Shown: positions 1 through 10,345, counted from the first letter of the stretch. The stretch: 64,000 nucleotides of DNA from Pseudomonadota bacterium (GCA_043825735.1 JBDRRP010000055.1:1-64000); one strand, 5' to 3'. The notes: generated by a model from the sequence alone, not told the origin. Numbers and translations are program-made.

Positions 1-64
1 TCTTTGGGGACCATTGATTAGAGGTGGACATCATCTGAGCGCTGTGATAATTCCCGGCTTCTTA

Positions 65-141
<77 letters not shown>

Positions 142-153
142 TTCGCATCCCAG

Positions 154-183
154 GGATCGGCCGCCGGCGCGATCCTTTTTTTT
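154..183 (+). terminator. Rho-independent terminator after the tRNA
   Basis: GGATCG...CGATCC GC-rich stem followed by 8 T. Confidence 0.75.
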
Positions 184-466
184 ACCCGTCCCCTAATTCT
201 TCTGCTCCGTTTTATAAGGCGGCACCGGCCGCCCCCATCCGCTCATCCGGTGGAACGAAGAAATATATCATAATTGCGGCCATTATCAAAGCCATATCCC
301 ATGTGTGGTCAATGATATCTAATGAAACCAGGAAGGCAAAAGGGTTACACGGATCGGCGTTCAACGGGGTCCATCCTCCGATGCGAACGCCGGCGATGGC
401 CTGTAGTCGGCGGACAAATCGGATTCCTTACATGCGCTATCGGCCCACGGTTTCAGAGGGCAGGCA

Positions 467-1564
467 TCAGGGCACCTCTTTTTCCGAGAGGGCCTTGTTT
501 TTTCCGGTTTTTTTAGCCTGGTAGAGCGCCATGTCGGCGCGGGCAATGAGCGCTTCGGGGGTATCGCCGGCCCGAGCCGTCCCCACGCCGATGCTCACCG
601 TTACCGAAAGCTCGATGTCGGGCTGCTGAGCGTCGAGGGTGTACCGGGTGGCGGCAATGGCCTTGCAGATCTGCTTGGCGCGTTTGGTGGCGTTGCGCAA
701 AGACGCCCCGGCGAGGATGACGGCGAACTCTTCGCCACCATAGCGGGCCAGAACGTCTTCGTTTCGGATGCACTGCCGGCATTTATGGACCACCGACACC
801 AGTACGCGGTCTCCCAACGGATGGCCGTAGGTGTCGTTGATGGCCTTGAAATCGTCGATATCCACCATCAGCAGGCAAAACCCGCCGCCGCCGCGCGCCT
901 TTTCGTAAAACTGGCGAAGCTTCACGTCAAATGCCTTGCGGTTGAACACGCCGGTGAGGCCATCCTTCTGGGCCGCGGCCAGGGCCTTCTCCAATTCGAC
1001 ATTGAGTGTTTTCACCTGTTCGGACAGATGGTCGAGCAGGTTCTGGTCCCGGCTTTCCTTTTCCTGGATGACCATTCTCAGTGCCATCACCTCAGTGCGC
1101 AGCGCATCCTTTATTTTTTTGATGTCATCGAGCCGAATAATGGCTTCAAGGACGTCACTGCTGGCGGAGACCTCAACGTTGAGGTCCTCGTTGCCCGACT
1201 TCAAACCCGTGATCGCCTCAGTAAGCAGATCGATGATTTCCCGAAATTCTTTTTCCCTGGCGCCGATGTAGCTGTTCTGCTGCCGAATGAATGCGACCAT
1301 ATCGCCGCGTTGTGCGCTGTAGTGCTCACGCAGGTCCTTTTCCGGCAACGCTTGTGAGAAAATTGCGGCCAACGCGTCCACCCTGGCACGAAATTCTTTT
1401 GTCGGCAGCTCTTCGACGTTGAGGGAAAAGTCTTTTAAGTGTTCCAGGAGGGATACGACGACGGGAGCGATGAGCGCCGGCGCTGGGCCGCCCTTTTGCA
1501 AAATGGCGTTGAGTTTCTCGACTTCACTGCCGATATCGGTGTTTTTTTTTCTGAACCATCCCAT
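467..1564 (-). CDS. Diguanylate cyclase (helical N-terminal region + GGDEF)
   Basis: DGLTGVFNR, DIDDFKAIND, RNED I-site, GGEEF, ADMALYQAK. Confidence 0.93.
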   Translation of the reverse strand: MGWFRKKNTDIGSEVEKLNAILQKGGPAPALIAPVVVSLLEHLKDFSLNVEELPTKEFRARVDALAAIFSQALPEKDLREHYSAQRGDMVAFIRQQNSYIGAREKEFREIIDLLTEAITGLKSGNEDLNVEVSASSDVLEAIIRLDDIKKIKDALRTEVMALRMVIQEKESRDQNLLDHLSEQVKTLNVELEKALAAAQKDGLTGVFNRKAFDVKLRQFYEKARGGGGFCLLMVDIDDFKAINDTYGHPLGDRVLVSVVHKCRQCIRNEDVLARYGGEEFAVILAGASLRNATKRAKQICKAIAATRYTLDAQQPDIELSVTVSIGVGTARAGDTPEALIARADMALYQAKKTGKNKALSEKEVP

Positions 1565-1570
1565 GGGTTG

Positions 1571-2362
1571 CTAATCACCTCGGCTGTTGTCTTTTGTCGG
1601 TTCGATGGCAGCCACCAGTGTGGTGCATATGCGCCGGACGCAGTGAGCGGCCCGGCTGTCTGGAAAAGCAGTGACAAAGGGCCGCTGTTGCCGAACCGCA
1701 GTGGATACGACCGGATCGTTGAACAGGCCGCCGAGAAAGATGAGTTCCGTATGGAGAAATTTCTGCGCCACGGCTTCCAGTTTCTCAAAAACCTGCAACG
1801 CTTCGCGGTCGTCTTGAACCTGGTTAAGGATTAGACTGAAGCGTTTTCGCCGGTACCGCTGAGAGAGGACCTTGATCAGCGCGTACGCATCGGTAATGGC
1901 CGTGGGGTCAGGGGTCAGAACGACGATATTGTGACGAACAAACGTGTTGAACCAGAGTACCGAGGCGCCGATGCCGGCGGCGGTGTCGATCAGGACCACA
2001 TCGAAATGTGCAAACAGGGCCTCGAACACCTGTGCCAGTCGGGCATGGTCCTCTGCGCCCAGGGAAACCATTTCCGGCACCCCGCTGGTGGCCGGCAGAA
2101 CGCCGAAGGTGGGGGAGACGAAATAGACACTGTCCATCGATACGTCGCCGCGATCCAGAACATCCCGGATAGTGTGTTTCACCGAAATGCCCAGCAGTAG
2201 ATCAACGTTGGCCAGCCCCATGTCGCCGTCCACGACCAGCACGCGAAGGCCGCGCTCAGACAGAGCAGCCGCCAGATTCACGGTAAGGCTGGTTTTTCCC
2301 ACCCCACCCTTTCCACTGGCAACGCAAATCGTGACAGGGCCTTCCGCATAGGGGGTGTTCAT
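1571..2362 (-). CDS. MinD/FlhG(FleN)-family P-loop ATPase
   Basis: Deviant Walker A SGKGGVGKT, DGDMGLAN, DTAAG, PDPTAITDAYALIK; ATG at 2362 has a GAGGAG RBS (the longer ORF-track start overlaps the upstream gene). Confidence 0.9.
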   Translation of the reverse strand: MNTPYAEGPVTICVASGKGGVGKTSLTVNLAAALSERGLRVLVVDGDMGLANVDLLLGISVKHTIRDVLDRGDVSMDSVYFVSPTFGVLPATSGVPEMVSLGAEDHARLAQVFEALFAHFDVVLIDTAAGIGASVLWFNTFVRHNIVVLTPDPTAITDAYALIKVLSQRYRRKRFSLILNQVQDDREALQVFEKLEAVAQKFLHTELIFLGGLFNDPVVSTAVRQQRPFVTAFPDSRAAHCVRRICTTLVAAIEPTKDNSRGD

Positions 2363-2408
2363 CGATGTCTCCTCGTGAAAAATCTGCCGCCGGATGACCC
2401 CACGGCAA

Positions 2409-3107
2409 TTAGTGATCCGGCTTGAAAAACAGGGAGCTTCTTTCCGCCTCGGTGACTTCCGTCGGCGCTTTTTGTCCCCGGGCAGTATCATAGCACACCC
2501 GGTTTCGCCCCTGCCGTTTTGCCTTTAAAAGATGCTGGTCGGCTCTGTCCAGCAGCCCGTCAATACTCAGTGCGTGATCATCGATGCGATAGCCGTCCAC
2601 GCCGAAACTGGCAGTCAACCGGATATCGTGACCACCGACGCGGATGACCGCATCGGCCAGTTTCTTGCGCAGGCGCTCTGCAGCGCCAACGACCGCGTGC
2701 AGACGCGTTCCCGGCAGGATAAACACAAACTCTTCGCCGCCGTACCGGCAGGCGATGTCCATCTGACGGATGCCATCCATCCAGATGCCACTCACGCTCT
2801 TGAGTACCATGTTGCCGGCTTCGTGACCGTAGGTGTCGTTGACGTGTTTGAAATAGTCCAGGTCGGCGATAATCACCCCGGTCTCAAGACCCGTGCGGCG
2901 GGTCCGCTCCATCTCGGCGGCCAAGGCGCGCTGCAAATGCCGAAAATTGTAGTAACCAGTCAATTCATCGATACGGGCGAGCGCCACCAGCCGTTTGTTT
3001 TCAGCTTTAAGACGCCGGTAGGCATCAGCCACCGGACAGCGCTCCGGGGCAACGGGACATTCGGGGATCTCCTCTGGGATGTCAGTCACCGATTCCTCCA
3101 AAAACAT
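2409..3107 (-). CDS. Small diguanylate cyclase (short coiled coil + GGDEF)
   Basis: DELTG, DLDYFKHVND, RQMD I-site, GGEEF; start ATG 3107 or GTG 3113. Confidence 0.92.
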   Translation of the reverse strand: MFLEESVTDIPEEIPECPVAPERCPVADAYRRLKAENKRLVALARIDELTGYYNFRHLQRALAAEMERTRRTGLETGVIIADLDYFKHVNDTYGHEAGNMVLKSVSGIWMDGIRQMDIACRYGGEEFVFILPGTRLHAVVGAAERLRKKLADAVIRVGGHDIRLTASFGVDGYRIDDHALSIDGLLDRADQHLLKAKRQGRNRVCYDTARGQKAPTEVTEAERSSLFFKPDH

Positions 3108-3223
3108 GGCCACTCCAGGTTGTCGTCCCTGCCATCAATGATTAACGACATGGATATCGGCAGATCGCTGGAAAACTGTAGCCGATTGCGGTGTTTCGCC
3201 ACACCATCACCTGCTGCTGACGT

Positions 3224-5437
3224 TCACTGCGTGTCCTCACGCTCACCCGCCGCTGGGGCGGCGGGGACCACTGACCGTTGCCGATGCAACCGGCGGATGA
3301 AATCACCGATCATGCAGTGGACCCGATTGGCCCCCTCCCCCATCAGGATACCGTGACGCTGGTAGTTGAGCACCATATACGTCTTATCCGCGCTTCCCAG
3401 TTTTTCAAACACTTTTCGGGTACCGTCGGCTGACACCACAGGGTCCCCCAGCGCCTGGATGACCAACGCCGGTGCCTGCACCTGGTGCAGTTTGTCGGCC
3501 ACTTTGTCCATGAGGCGCTCCAGTTGGTGCAGGCCGCTGATGGGATTGCGATGGTAGTTGATGTGGGGATGCTCGGGATGATTGTCCACAAATTCCTTTG
3601 TGGCCTTCTCCGCGCCCACTTTTTTGAGCAGACGATTCCACACGTCGACAGCCGGCACGAACCGCGCCGAGAAATCCTGCAGACGCATGGGTGGGGCCAC
3701 AGCGAATACGCCCAGCGGCGCCTCCGGCAGCCGGGCCGTCAGATCCAGCGCCAGGGCTGCGCCGTTTGAAAAACCGCCGATCACCACTCGGGTGCAGAGC
3801 GCACGGATGACCGCATAACCGGCATCCACACTCTTTTGCCAGTCTTGATACGTGCGGGTGGCCAGATCACCGGGCGCGGTGCCGTGCCCGCGCAGCCGCG
3901 GAGCGTATACCCAAAATCCCCTTTGACCAAGATAGATCGCCAGTTCCTTCACTTCGAGGGGGGCGGCCATGTAACCGTGGATCAGCAGCACACCCACGCG
4001 CCGGGAGTTCCCGCGAACCAGATAGGGCATGCCCACGGAAATGTCCTTGGATTCGGCTTCTTTATAAAAGGCCCGATAGTCTTGCTGGTAGTGTTCAGCC
4101 TCCCTGGCCATGATCATCCGCGCGGCACGTCGGCGCAGGATCCATTCGGGCGTCCAGGCAAGCCGTCGTATCTTCCTCAGCAGCGTTTCCAGCGGCTCGA
4201 CCTCGTTGGCGATAACGCCGATGGGATTGTCCACGCGCACCCGGTGTAAGTCCCAGATGGGGGCGAAGACGGCGTGCTGGCGCACCAGGGATTGATCTTC
4301 CATGACGACCGCGTGCTTTGACAGGGCCAGGTCGATGAATTCCTTGTACTTGCCGAATGCATCGTCAGAGAGCAGGTGCATCTGGCCCGACTGCAGACTG
4401 CTGTGCACACGAACGCCATAAAGATCCCACTGGAGCTGGGCCGCCAAAAACACCCGGAGCTTGAGACCGAAGGCGCTCATCCGCTGAAACGGATGAAGGC
4501 GTAAAAAAGTGGCGAAAAGGTGATCGTGGTTCACCGTTGTCATGGTGTAAATCGCCTGCATGTAGGCTTGCATGAGCCGTACGGCCGCTTTTCTCATGGC
4601 GGTGATACTGGGGATGGGATCATCGAAATCGATGGCCGCCGCACTGCGGATGTCCTTCTGGATGCGGCGATGGTCGAGGTAGGAGGCCACGTCAATGGGA
4701 TCGCCGAAACGGATGTCAAGGTCCACCCCCTCGATGAGCATGCTGCCTTCGGTCATGAGCTCTTCCACGAAACGCTCGGGCAGATCACCCCGAAACCGGG
4801 CCGCCAGACGACTGAGCGCGTTTTCCCTTGCCCGCATCGGGTAGTAGGTCAGGTTCACCGGAATGATCCGGGTCGACTCCGCCAGCACGGGCCGGATATC
4901 CTGAATCCCGAATTTCTCCAAAAGCCGAGTGGCCTCCGGGGCCCCGTCGGCATGGAGCCGACGCAGCCGCTGGCGATAAAACTCGGTCCGCAGCGCCAAT
5001 GCCGCCGCCCCGGTATGGGGTGGGTGTTTTCCCCCGGCATAAGCAATCATGTACCGCCCCTTCTCGACGATCTTCTTGCTTTTGACCATCATCCCTTCAG
5101 GAAAGACCACCCATGAGGCTTCTCCGGAGAGCAGCGTCTTGACCATGAGCCGATCCCGGTCGGGCGCCTTTGTGGAAACGACACCCACCTTTTCGAAAAA
5201 CGAAGACAGCGACGGAGTGAACAGTCCGGCATCGGCAAGAGACCAAATGGGGCGTTTTGAGAGTTGATGCAGGTGATAGGGGATCAACAGGGTCTCAAGC
5301 CGCGTGAAATGGTTGATGACGTAGATGGCCGGTCCGGGAGCAATGTGTTCGGCGTTGTGGAGATGAACCCGCGCCCGCGACAGACTGGAAATGGTTTTGA
5401 TGGCGAAACTGGTGGATAGATAGGCGAACCGATTCAT
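3224..5437 (-). CDS. Fusion of a PlsC-like acyltransferase and an alpha/beta-hydrolase (carboxylesterase-type)
   Basis: N-half NHFTRLE and FPEG acyltransferase-like motifs; C-half IHGY, LRGHG, GFSNG nucleophile elbow, DPVV and H catalytic candidates. Confidence 0.82.
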   Translation of the reverse strand: MNRFAYLSTSFAIKTISSLSRARVHLHNAEHIAPGPAIYVINHFTRLETLLIPYHLHQLSKRPIWSLADAGLFTPSLSSFFEKVGVVSTKAPDRDRLMVKTLLSGEASWVVFPEGMMVKSKKIVEKGRYMIAYAGGKHPPHTGAAALALRTEFYRQRLRRLHADGAPEATRLLEKFGIQDIRPVLAESTRIIPVNLTYYPMRARENALSRLAARFRGDLPERFVEELMTEGSMLIEGVDLDIRFGDPIDVASYLDHRRIQKDIRSAAAIDFDDPIPSITAMRKAAVRLMQAYMQAIYTMTTVNHDHLFATFLRLHPFQRMSAFGLKLRVFLAAQLQWDLYGVRVHSSLQSGQMHLLSDDAFGKYKEFIDLALSKHAVVMEDQSLVRQHAVFAPIWDLHRVRVDNPIGVIANEVEPLETLLRKIRRLAWTPEWILRRRAARMIMAREAEHYQQDYRAFYKEAESKDISVGMPYLVRGNSRRVGVLLIHGYMAAPLEVKELAIYLGQRGFWVYAPRLRGHGTAPGDLATRTYQDWQKSVDAGYAVIRALCTRVVIGGFSNGAALALDLTARLPEAPLGVFAVAPPMRLQDFSARFVPAVDVWNRLLKKVGAEKATKEFVDNHPEHPHINYHRNPISGLHQLERLMDKVADKLHQVQAPALVIQALGDPVVSADGTRKVFEKLGSADKTYMVLNYQRHGILMGEGANRVHCMIGDFIRRLHRQRSVVPAAPAAGEREDTQ

Positions 5438-5628
5438 GAATGTCCCGAATGGTGGATTGCAGCGGTTGTCGGGTTCACGGGCGCTCCCGCGGCGATAGTG
5501 TTGTTTGGGCGGATTATACGGTCTTGGCCCGCTGAAAGCAATCGAGCGATCACGCAGTTGACACCCACCGGCGAACCCATTAAGTTGAGATCCTCAAAAA
5601 ATGCGGATGAAATCCCCAAGGAGGCATC

Positions 5629-6054
5629 GTGTATTCGCGAATTCTGATTATACGGTTTCAAAAGACCAAGGCTCAAAAACCATTGGTCTGCGATTTGGCC
5701 AGAAAATTCGATTTGACCTTCAACATCCTTAACGCCACCATTTTGCCCCGCAAAGAAGGCATTATGGTTTTGGAACTCAGCGGTGAGCGCAAAAATTTTA
5801 AAGACGGCGTCGCTTACCTGCGCAGCGAAGGGGTCCAGGTCACCAACGCCTCACAGGATATCAAGCGAGACAATCGCAAATGCATCCACTGCGGCGCCTG
5901 CACCGCCGTGTGCCCCACCGGCGCACTTCACATCGAGCGGCCGGAGATGAAAGTCATCTTTGATCACAATCAGTGCAGCGTGTGCCAGCTGTGTGTCAAT
6001 GCCTGTCCGACGCGTGCGATGGAGACGCGCCCCAACTACCAGGCTTTCTTCTAA
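5629..6054 (+). CDS. NIL-domain / 2[4Fe-4S] ferredoxin protein
   Basis: N-terminal NIL-like segment (LTFNILNA), two CxxCxxCxxxCP motifs; GTG start with GGAGG RBS. Confidence 0.88.
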   Translation: MYSRILIIRFQKTKAQKPLVCDLARKFDLTFNILNATILPRKEGIMVLELSGERKNFKDGVAYLRSEGVQVTNASQDIKRDNRKCIHCGACTAVCPTGALHIERPEMKVIFDHNQCSVCQLCVNACPTRAMETRPNYQAFF

Positions 6055-6055
6055 T

Positions 6056-6202
6056 GATGCCCCCCCATAAACGGCATCTTTTGGCCCAGAGCTGCGTTTT
6101 CACACTTTTCGAAATCCTCGAAATAGCTCCGCTATTCCTCCGGTTTCGAAAATGCTCAGGCCTTGCTCTGAACCAAAATCTACCATTTCTGGACGGGCAC
6201 TG
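6056..6202. mobile_element. ~150-bp imperfect palindromic MITE-like element (GTGCCC.TCCA.AAA-type ends)
   Basis: Left GATGCCCCCCCATAAACGGCATCTTTTGG versus reverse complement of right end AGTGCCCGTCCAGAAATGGTAGATTTTGG; internal TTTTCGAAA/TTTCGAAAA and AATAGC/GCTATT arms; ends resemble those at 9262-9416. Confidence 0.6.
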
Positions 6203-6206
6203 AAGC

Positions 6207-7289
6207 ATGCGCATTGCGGTTGCCATGAGCGGCGGCGTGGATTCCCTTGTTGCCGCGCATTTGCTTCAACGCGACGGCCACGATGTCTTTGGCATTCATT
6301 TTCTCACCGGTTTCGAGTCCGCCTCCCCGGATGACAGCAGCATTGTCCGCAAGACGACGGTTGCGGCCCGCATCAGCGGTATCCGGCGCATGACCGATGC
6401 GCTCCAGATACCGCTTGAAGTGGTCGATCTGGGTGCCGCGTTCTTTTCCACTGTGGCGACCTACCTCATAGACACATACGGCAGTGGCAGGACCCCCAAT
6501 CCCTGCATGGTGTGCAATCCGAGCATCAAGCTGGGCAGTCTGTGGCAAAGCGCCCTGAAACACGGCGCCGAGGCCCTTGCCACGGGGCACTACGCTGTCA
6601 TCGGTCAGGATGCCGATGGCCGTCCGGCGCTTTTCAAAGGCGCTGACCGCGACAAAGACCAGTCCTACTTTCTGGCCCGGGTCACTGGCGAGCAACTCTC
6701 ACGAGCGATGTTTCCGCTGGGCAGGTGGCAAAAAGCCGAGGTGAAAGCGCTGGCGATAAAAGCGGGCCTTCGGCCGACGATCACCATCGAAAGCCAGGAT
6801 ATCTGCTTTCTTCAGGGTGACACGATTGCGGCCTTCATGGCCCGCCATGGCGGCGCGCTCATCCGTCCGGGCCCCATCCGGGACGTCTCGGGCCGGGTGG
6901 TGGGGTCCCATCAGGGCCTTTACCACTTCACCGTCGGCCAGCGCCGCGGCATCAACATTCCCGCGGCGGCCCCCTATTATGTGGTACGCCTCGACGTCGC
7001 GGAGAACTGTCTCATCGTCGGGGGAAAGCCCGATCTGACGGCAACCGCCTGCCGGGTGGCGGCTATCAACTGGATCGCTCCGCCACCGGAAGCGCCCATG
7101 GCGGCAACGACGAAGGTGCGCTATCGGAGCCGGCAGGTGCCGGCAATGGTGATCCCAACCGGCCCCGACACTGCCGAGGTCCGGTTTGCCGCCCCCGTGG
7201 AGGCAGTCACCCCCGGCCAGGGGGCGGTTTTTTATGACGGCGACCGCGTGCTGGGCGGCGGCTGGATTGCCGCCGACGCTGCATTTTGA
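6207..7289 (+). CDS. mnmA: tRNA 2-thiouridine(34) synthase MnmA
   Basis: AMSGGVDS, TPNPCMVCN, ATGHYA, KDQSYFL, ESQDICF, AVTPGQGAVFY. Confidence 0.97.
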   Translation: MRIAVAMSGGVDSLVAAHLLQRDGHDVFGIHFLTGFESASPDDSSIVRKTTVAARISGIRRMTDALQIPLEVVDLGAAFFSTVATYLIDTYGSGRTPNPCMVCNPSIKLGSLWQSALKHGAEALATGHYAVIGQDADGRPALFKGADRDKDQSYFLARVTGEQLSRAMFPLGRWQKAEVKALAIKAGLRPTITIESQDICFLQGDTIAAFMARHGGALIRPGPIRDVSGRVVGSHQGLYHFTVGQRRGINIPAAAPYYVVRLDVAENCLIVGGKPDLTATACRVAAINWIAPPPEAPMAATTKVRYRSRQVPAMVIPTGPDTAEVRFAAPVEAVTPGQGAVFYDGDRVLGGGWIAADAAF

Positions 7290-7304
7290 AGGAGTACTGA
7301 TCCG

Positions 7305-8654
7305 GTGCCGACCTATTGCATTTATACATTAGGCTGCAAGGTCAATCAGTTCGAATCCGCCGGACTTGGCGAAGCGCTTCGGGCGGCCGGGTGGTCGTCG
7401 GTGCCTGAAGGATCGCCGGCGCAGCTATGCATCATCAACACCTGCACGGTAACCTCAAAGGCCTCCATGCAGGCCCGCCAGCAAATCCGCAAAGTCATCC
7501 GGCACCATCCCAGTGCCCGCATCGTTGTCACCGGATGTTATGCTGAGACCAGTCCCGAGGAGATCCGTGCCATCGATGGCGTAGACGCCGTCATCGGCAA
7601 CCGTGACAAGCATCGAATCCCGGAGGCGGTCATGGCCGCTGCCGCCGGAAAGCGCCTCATCGTCGAAGACGCCGATCCGGAAGGGCACGCCCACGCCCCC
7701 CTCGCCCATCTGCCGGTAACCCGGTTCACCGGCCGGACACGCCCCTTCTTGAAAATCCAGGACGGGTGCAACACCTTTTGCACCTACTGCATCGTTCCGT
7801 ATGCCAGGGGACGAAGCCGCAGTCTCCCGTTGGCCGCGGCACTGGACAATCTGCGTGCCCTGGCGGCCAACGGCTACCGTGAGGTCGTGCTCACCGGCAT
7901 CCATCTGGGTGACTACGGTAAGGATCTTTTTCCACCTGCCGCCCTGGTGGATCTGCTGCGCTTGGCAGATGCGCCTGACATGCCTGAACGGATCCGGCTC
8001 AGTTCCATCGAGCCCACGGAGATCAGCGATGCGCTGCTGAGCGTTGTCGTCGCCAGCGATCGATTCTGCCGGCATTTCCACATCCCCCTCCAGAGCGGCG
8101 ATGACGCCGTTCTCAAACGGATGCATCGCCCGTACTCCCGCGCTCTTTACGGCGACATCATCGGGCGCATCCACGAGCGACTGCCGGGTGCCGCCATCGG
8201 GGCGGACGTACTCATCGGTTTTCCGGGTGAAGATGACGCCGCGTACGAACAGACACGGGTGCTCATCGAATCGTTGCCCGTCACTTACCTGCACGTGTTT
8301 CCCTTCTCGCCGCGTGAAGGTACTCCGGCGGCCCGGTTTTCAGAGGTTGTACCGGCCGCTGTCGTCAAGCGCCGCTGTGCTGAGATGCGGCGTATCGGCA
8401 CGGCCAAACGACTCGCCTTTTACCGTGCCCACGAGGGGCAATCGCTGCCGGTGATCGTGGAAAGCCGGCGCGACCCGCAGACTGGCAATCTGCGTGGTCT
8501 GTCGGAAAATTACGTGCCGGTCCTTTTCGAGGGCCCTGATCAGCTGATGGCGCACATTGTGAGCGTGCGCGTGATCGAAGTCGCCCGCCGGGGACAGGTG
8601 CGGGCCGTGTTGGATGCCGTTGACAGGCCACAACCGAGCCCCTATAGTCCATAA
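7305..8654 (+). CDS. mtaB: tRNA t6A37 methylthiotransferase MtaB
   Basis: TLGCKVNQFES, INTCTVT, LKIQDGCNTFCTYC radical-SAM motif, RIRLSSIEP, HVFPFSPREGT. Confidence 0.94.
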   Translation: MPTYCIYTLGCKVNQFESAGLGEALRAAGWSSVPEGSPAQLCIINTCTVTSKASMQARQQIRKVIRHHPSARIVVTGCYAETSPEEIRAIDGVDAVIGNRDKHRIPEAVMAAAAGKRLIVEDADPEGHAHAPLAHLPVTRFTGRTRPFLKIQDGCNTFCTYCIVPYARGRSRSLPLAAALDNLRALAANGYREVVLTGIHLGDYGKDLFPPAALVDLLRLADAPDMPERIRLSSIEPTEISDALLSVVVASDRFCRHFHIPLQSGDDAVLKRMHRPYSRALYGDIIGRIHERLPGAAIGADVLIGFPGEDDAAYEQTRVLIESLPVTYLHVFPFSPREGTPAARFSEVVPAAVVKRRCAEMRRIGTAKRLAFYRAHEGQSLPVIVESRRDPQTGNLRGLSENYVPVLFEGPDQLMAHIVSVRVIEVARRGQVRAVLDAVDRPQPSPYSP

Positions 8655-8754
8655 CGATAACGGCAACCACCCACCGCAACGACGGCGTTTTTTTAATATC
8701 GACTGCCCGGGCCAGCCCGGCCGGAGCCCCTTAGATCCGCAAAGGAGACCATCC

Positions 8755-9258
8755 ATGAGCGAGACAGCACCATTGGACATTCTCAAATCAGCCATTTTGC
8801 TCGAAAGACGGGGCAGAGCCTATTACGAAAACGCCGCGGAAGCATCGAAGGACCCTTCAGTGGCCGCATTTTTTAAAATGATGGCCGAAGAAGAAGTGCA
8901 GCACATATCCATCCTCGCCGAGCAATACAAACGCTACCGCTCAGAAAACCGTTTTGAACCGGTAACACCCCAGACCCCGTCTCCGGTGGATGTGGCCGAA
9001 TCGGTTCTCAGTGCAATCGCCGCCTCCCGGATCTCGGCCGCCGACTTCGAAAGTGCCGCCGTCTCGGCGGCCATGGCCCTGGAAGAGCGAGCCATCCGAC
9101 TGTACGCCGATCGGGCAAAAGTCGCTGCGGACCCTGATGAAAAAGCGCTCTACGGATGGCTGGCCGCGTGGGAAAGTGAACACCTCGCGATGCTTTCGCG
9201 CATCGACCGGGCATTAACGGAAACCATCTGGAATGACAACCAGTTCTGGCCTTTCTAA
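8755..9258 (+). CDS. Rubrerythrin/ferritin-like family protein
   Basis: Two ExxH di-iron-type motifs (EEEVQH, WESEH), C-terminal FWPF; ATG 8755 with AAGGAG RBS. Confidence 0.85.
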   Translation: MSETAPLDILKSAILLERRGRAYYENAAEASKDPSVAAFFKMMAEEEVQHISILAEQYKRYRSENRFEPVTPQTPSPVDVAESVLSAIAASRISAADFESAAVSAAMALEERAIRLYADRAKVAADPDEKALYGWLAAWESEHLAMLSRIDRALTETIWNDNQFWPF

Positions 9259-9261
9259 CTA

Positions 9262-9416
9262 GTGCCCATCCATAGTTACCCCTCCCCTTGCGGGAGGGGC
9301 CAGGGGAGGGGGCGGGTCGGTATAAGATGATCTCATGTTATCGGAGGATTGTCACCCTCACCCCAACCCGCTCCCATCAAGGGAGCGGGAGCAAGAGGCT
9401 TCCCATGGATGGACAC
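9262..9416. mobile_element. MITE-like element enclosing two REP-like hairpins
   Basis: Terminal inverted repeats GTGCCCATCCAT / ATGGATGGACAC (1 mismatch) flanked on both sides by TAACTA; internal CCCTCCCCTTGCGGGAGGG and CCCGCTCCCATCAAGGGAGCGGG hairpins. Confidence 0.7.
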
Positions 9417-9498
9417 TAACTATTAAACTACCGCTCTGGCCGGCTCTTCGTCCGGGTTCCGCCCGGGGATGCGCTGGCAGTGATAATGCCATCCACGG

Positions 9499-10305
9499 AT
9501 GCCGCCCATGCGCTCATTGCCGCTGCCGTCCGCCAGGAGTACCGTTTTCAGAGATATCCTCCTGCTCGTCCTTGGCCTCATGGGAATCGTCTGGTTCTTT
9601 CGAATCAGCGCCACCGAGCTCAATTACTACTGGCAGTGGTACCGGATACCGCCGTATCTCTACCGGATCGTAGACGGCCGCTTTGTCGCCGGACCATTGC
9701 TGGGCGGCCTTTGGGTGACGGTCAAAATTACTGCGATCAGTCTTGTGCTGGCGTTTGCGATCGGCTTGATCACGGTATTTTTGCGCCTATCGCAATCGGT
9801 GCTGGGTGTCTTCATCGCCCGCGTCTACCTGGAATTGATCCGCAACACGCCGCTGTTGGTGCAGCTGTTCTTCATCTACTTCGTTCTGGCGCCGGTTTTC
9901 GACTGGAGCGCCTGGCCGTCGGCCGTATTGGCGCTCAGTCTGTTTGAAGGGGCCTACGCGTCTGAGATCCTGCGCGCCGGCATCGTATCGATCAACCGAG
10001 GCCAGTGGGAGGCGGCCCGAAGTATCGGACTGAACACCGCGGGGGTCTATCGACACGTGATTCTGCCCCAGGCCATCCGCCGGGTACTCCCCCCGCTGAC
10101 CGGCCAGGCCATTTCCCTGATCAAAGACTCATCACTGGTCAGCACCATCGCCATTTACGATCTCACCATGCGGGGGCAGACCATCATCGCCGATACATTT
10201 CTCGTTTTCGAGATATGGTTCGTGGTGGCGGCCATATATCTTGTCTTGACGCTGCTGCTGTCGCTTGGGGTAAACGCGATGGATCGCCGCATGCAGCGGC
10301 AATGA
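9499..10305 (+). CDS. Polar amino acid ABC transporter permease (HisM/GlnP family)
   Basis: RNTPLLVQLF, EILRAGI...GQWEAARSIG (EAA loop), IKDSSLVS. Confidence 0.95.
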   Translation: MPPMRSLPLPSARSTVFRDILLLVLGLMGIVWFFRISATELNYYWQWYRIPPYLYRIVDGRFVAGPLLGGLWVTVKITAISLVLAFAIGLITVFLRLSQSVLGVFIARVYLELIRNTPLLVQLFFIYFVLAPVFDWSAWPSAVLALSLFEGAYASEILRAGIVSINRGQWEAARSIGLNTAGVYRHVILPQAIRRVLPPLTGQAISLIKDSSLVSTIAIYDLTMRGQTIIADTFLVFEIWFVVAAIYLVLTLLLSLGVNAMDRRMQRQ

Positions 10306-10345
10306 TAAATAATACCGGATCAATGACTTCTTAAAGGAGGCACCC

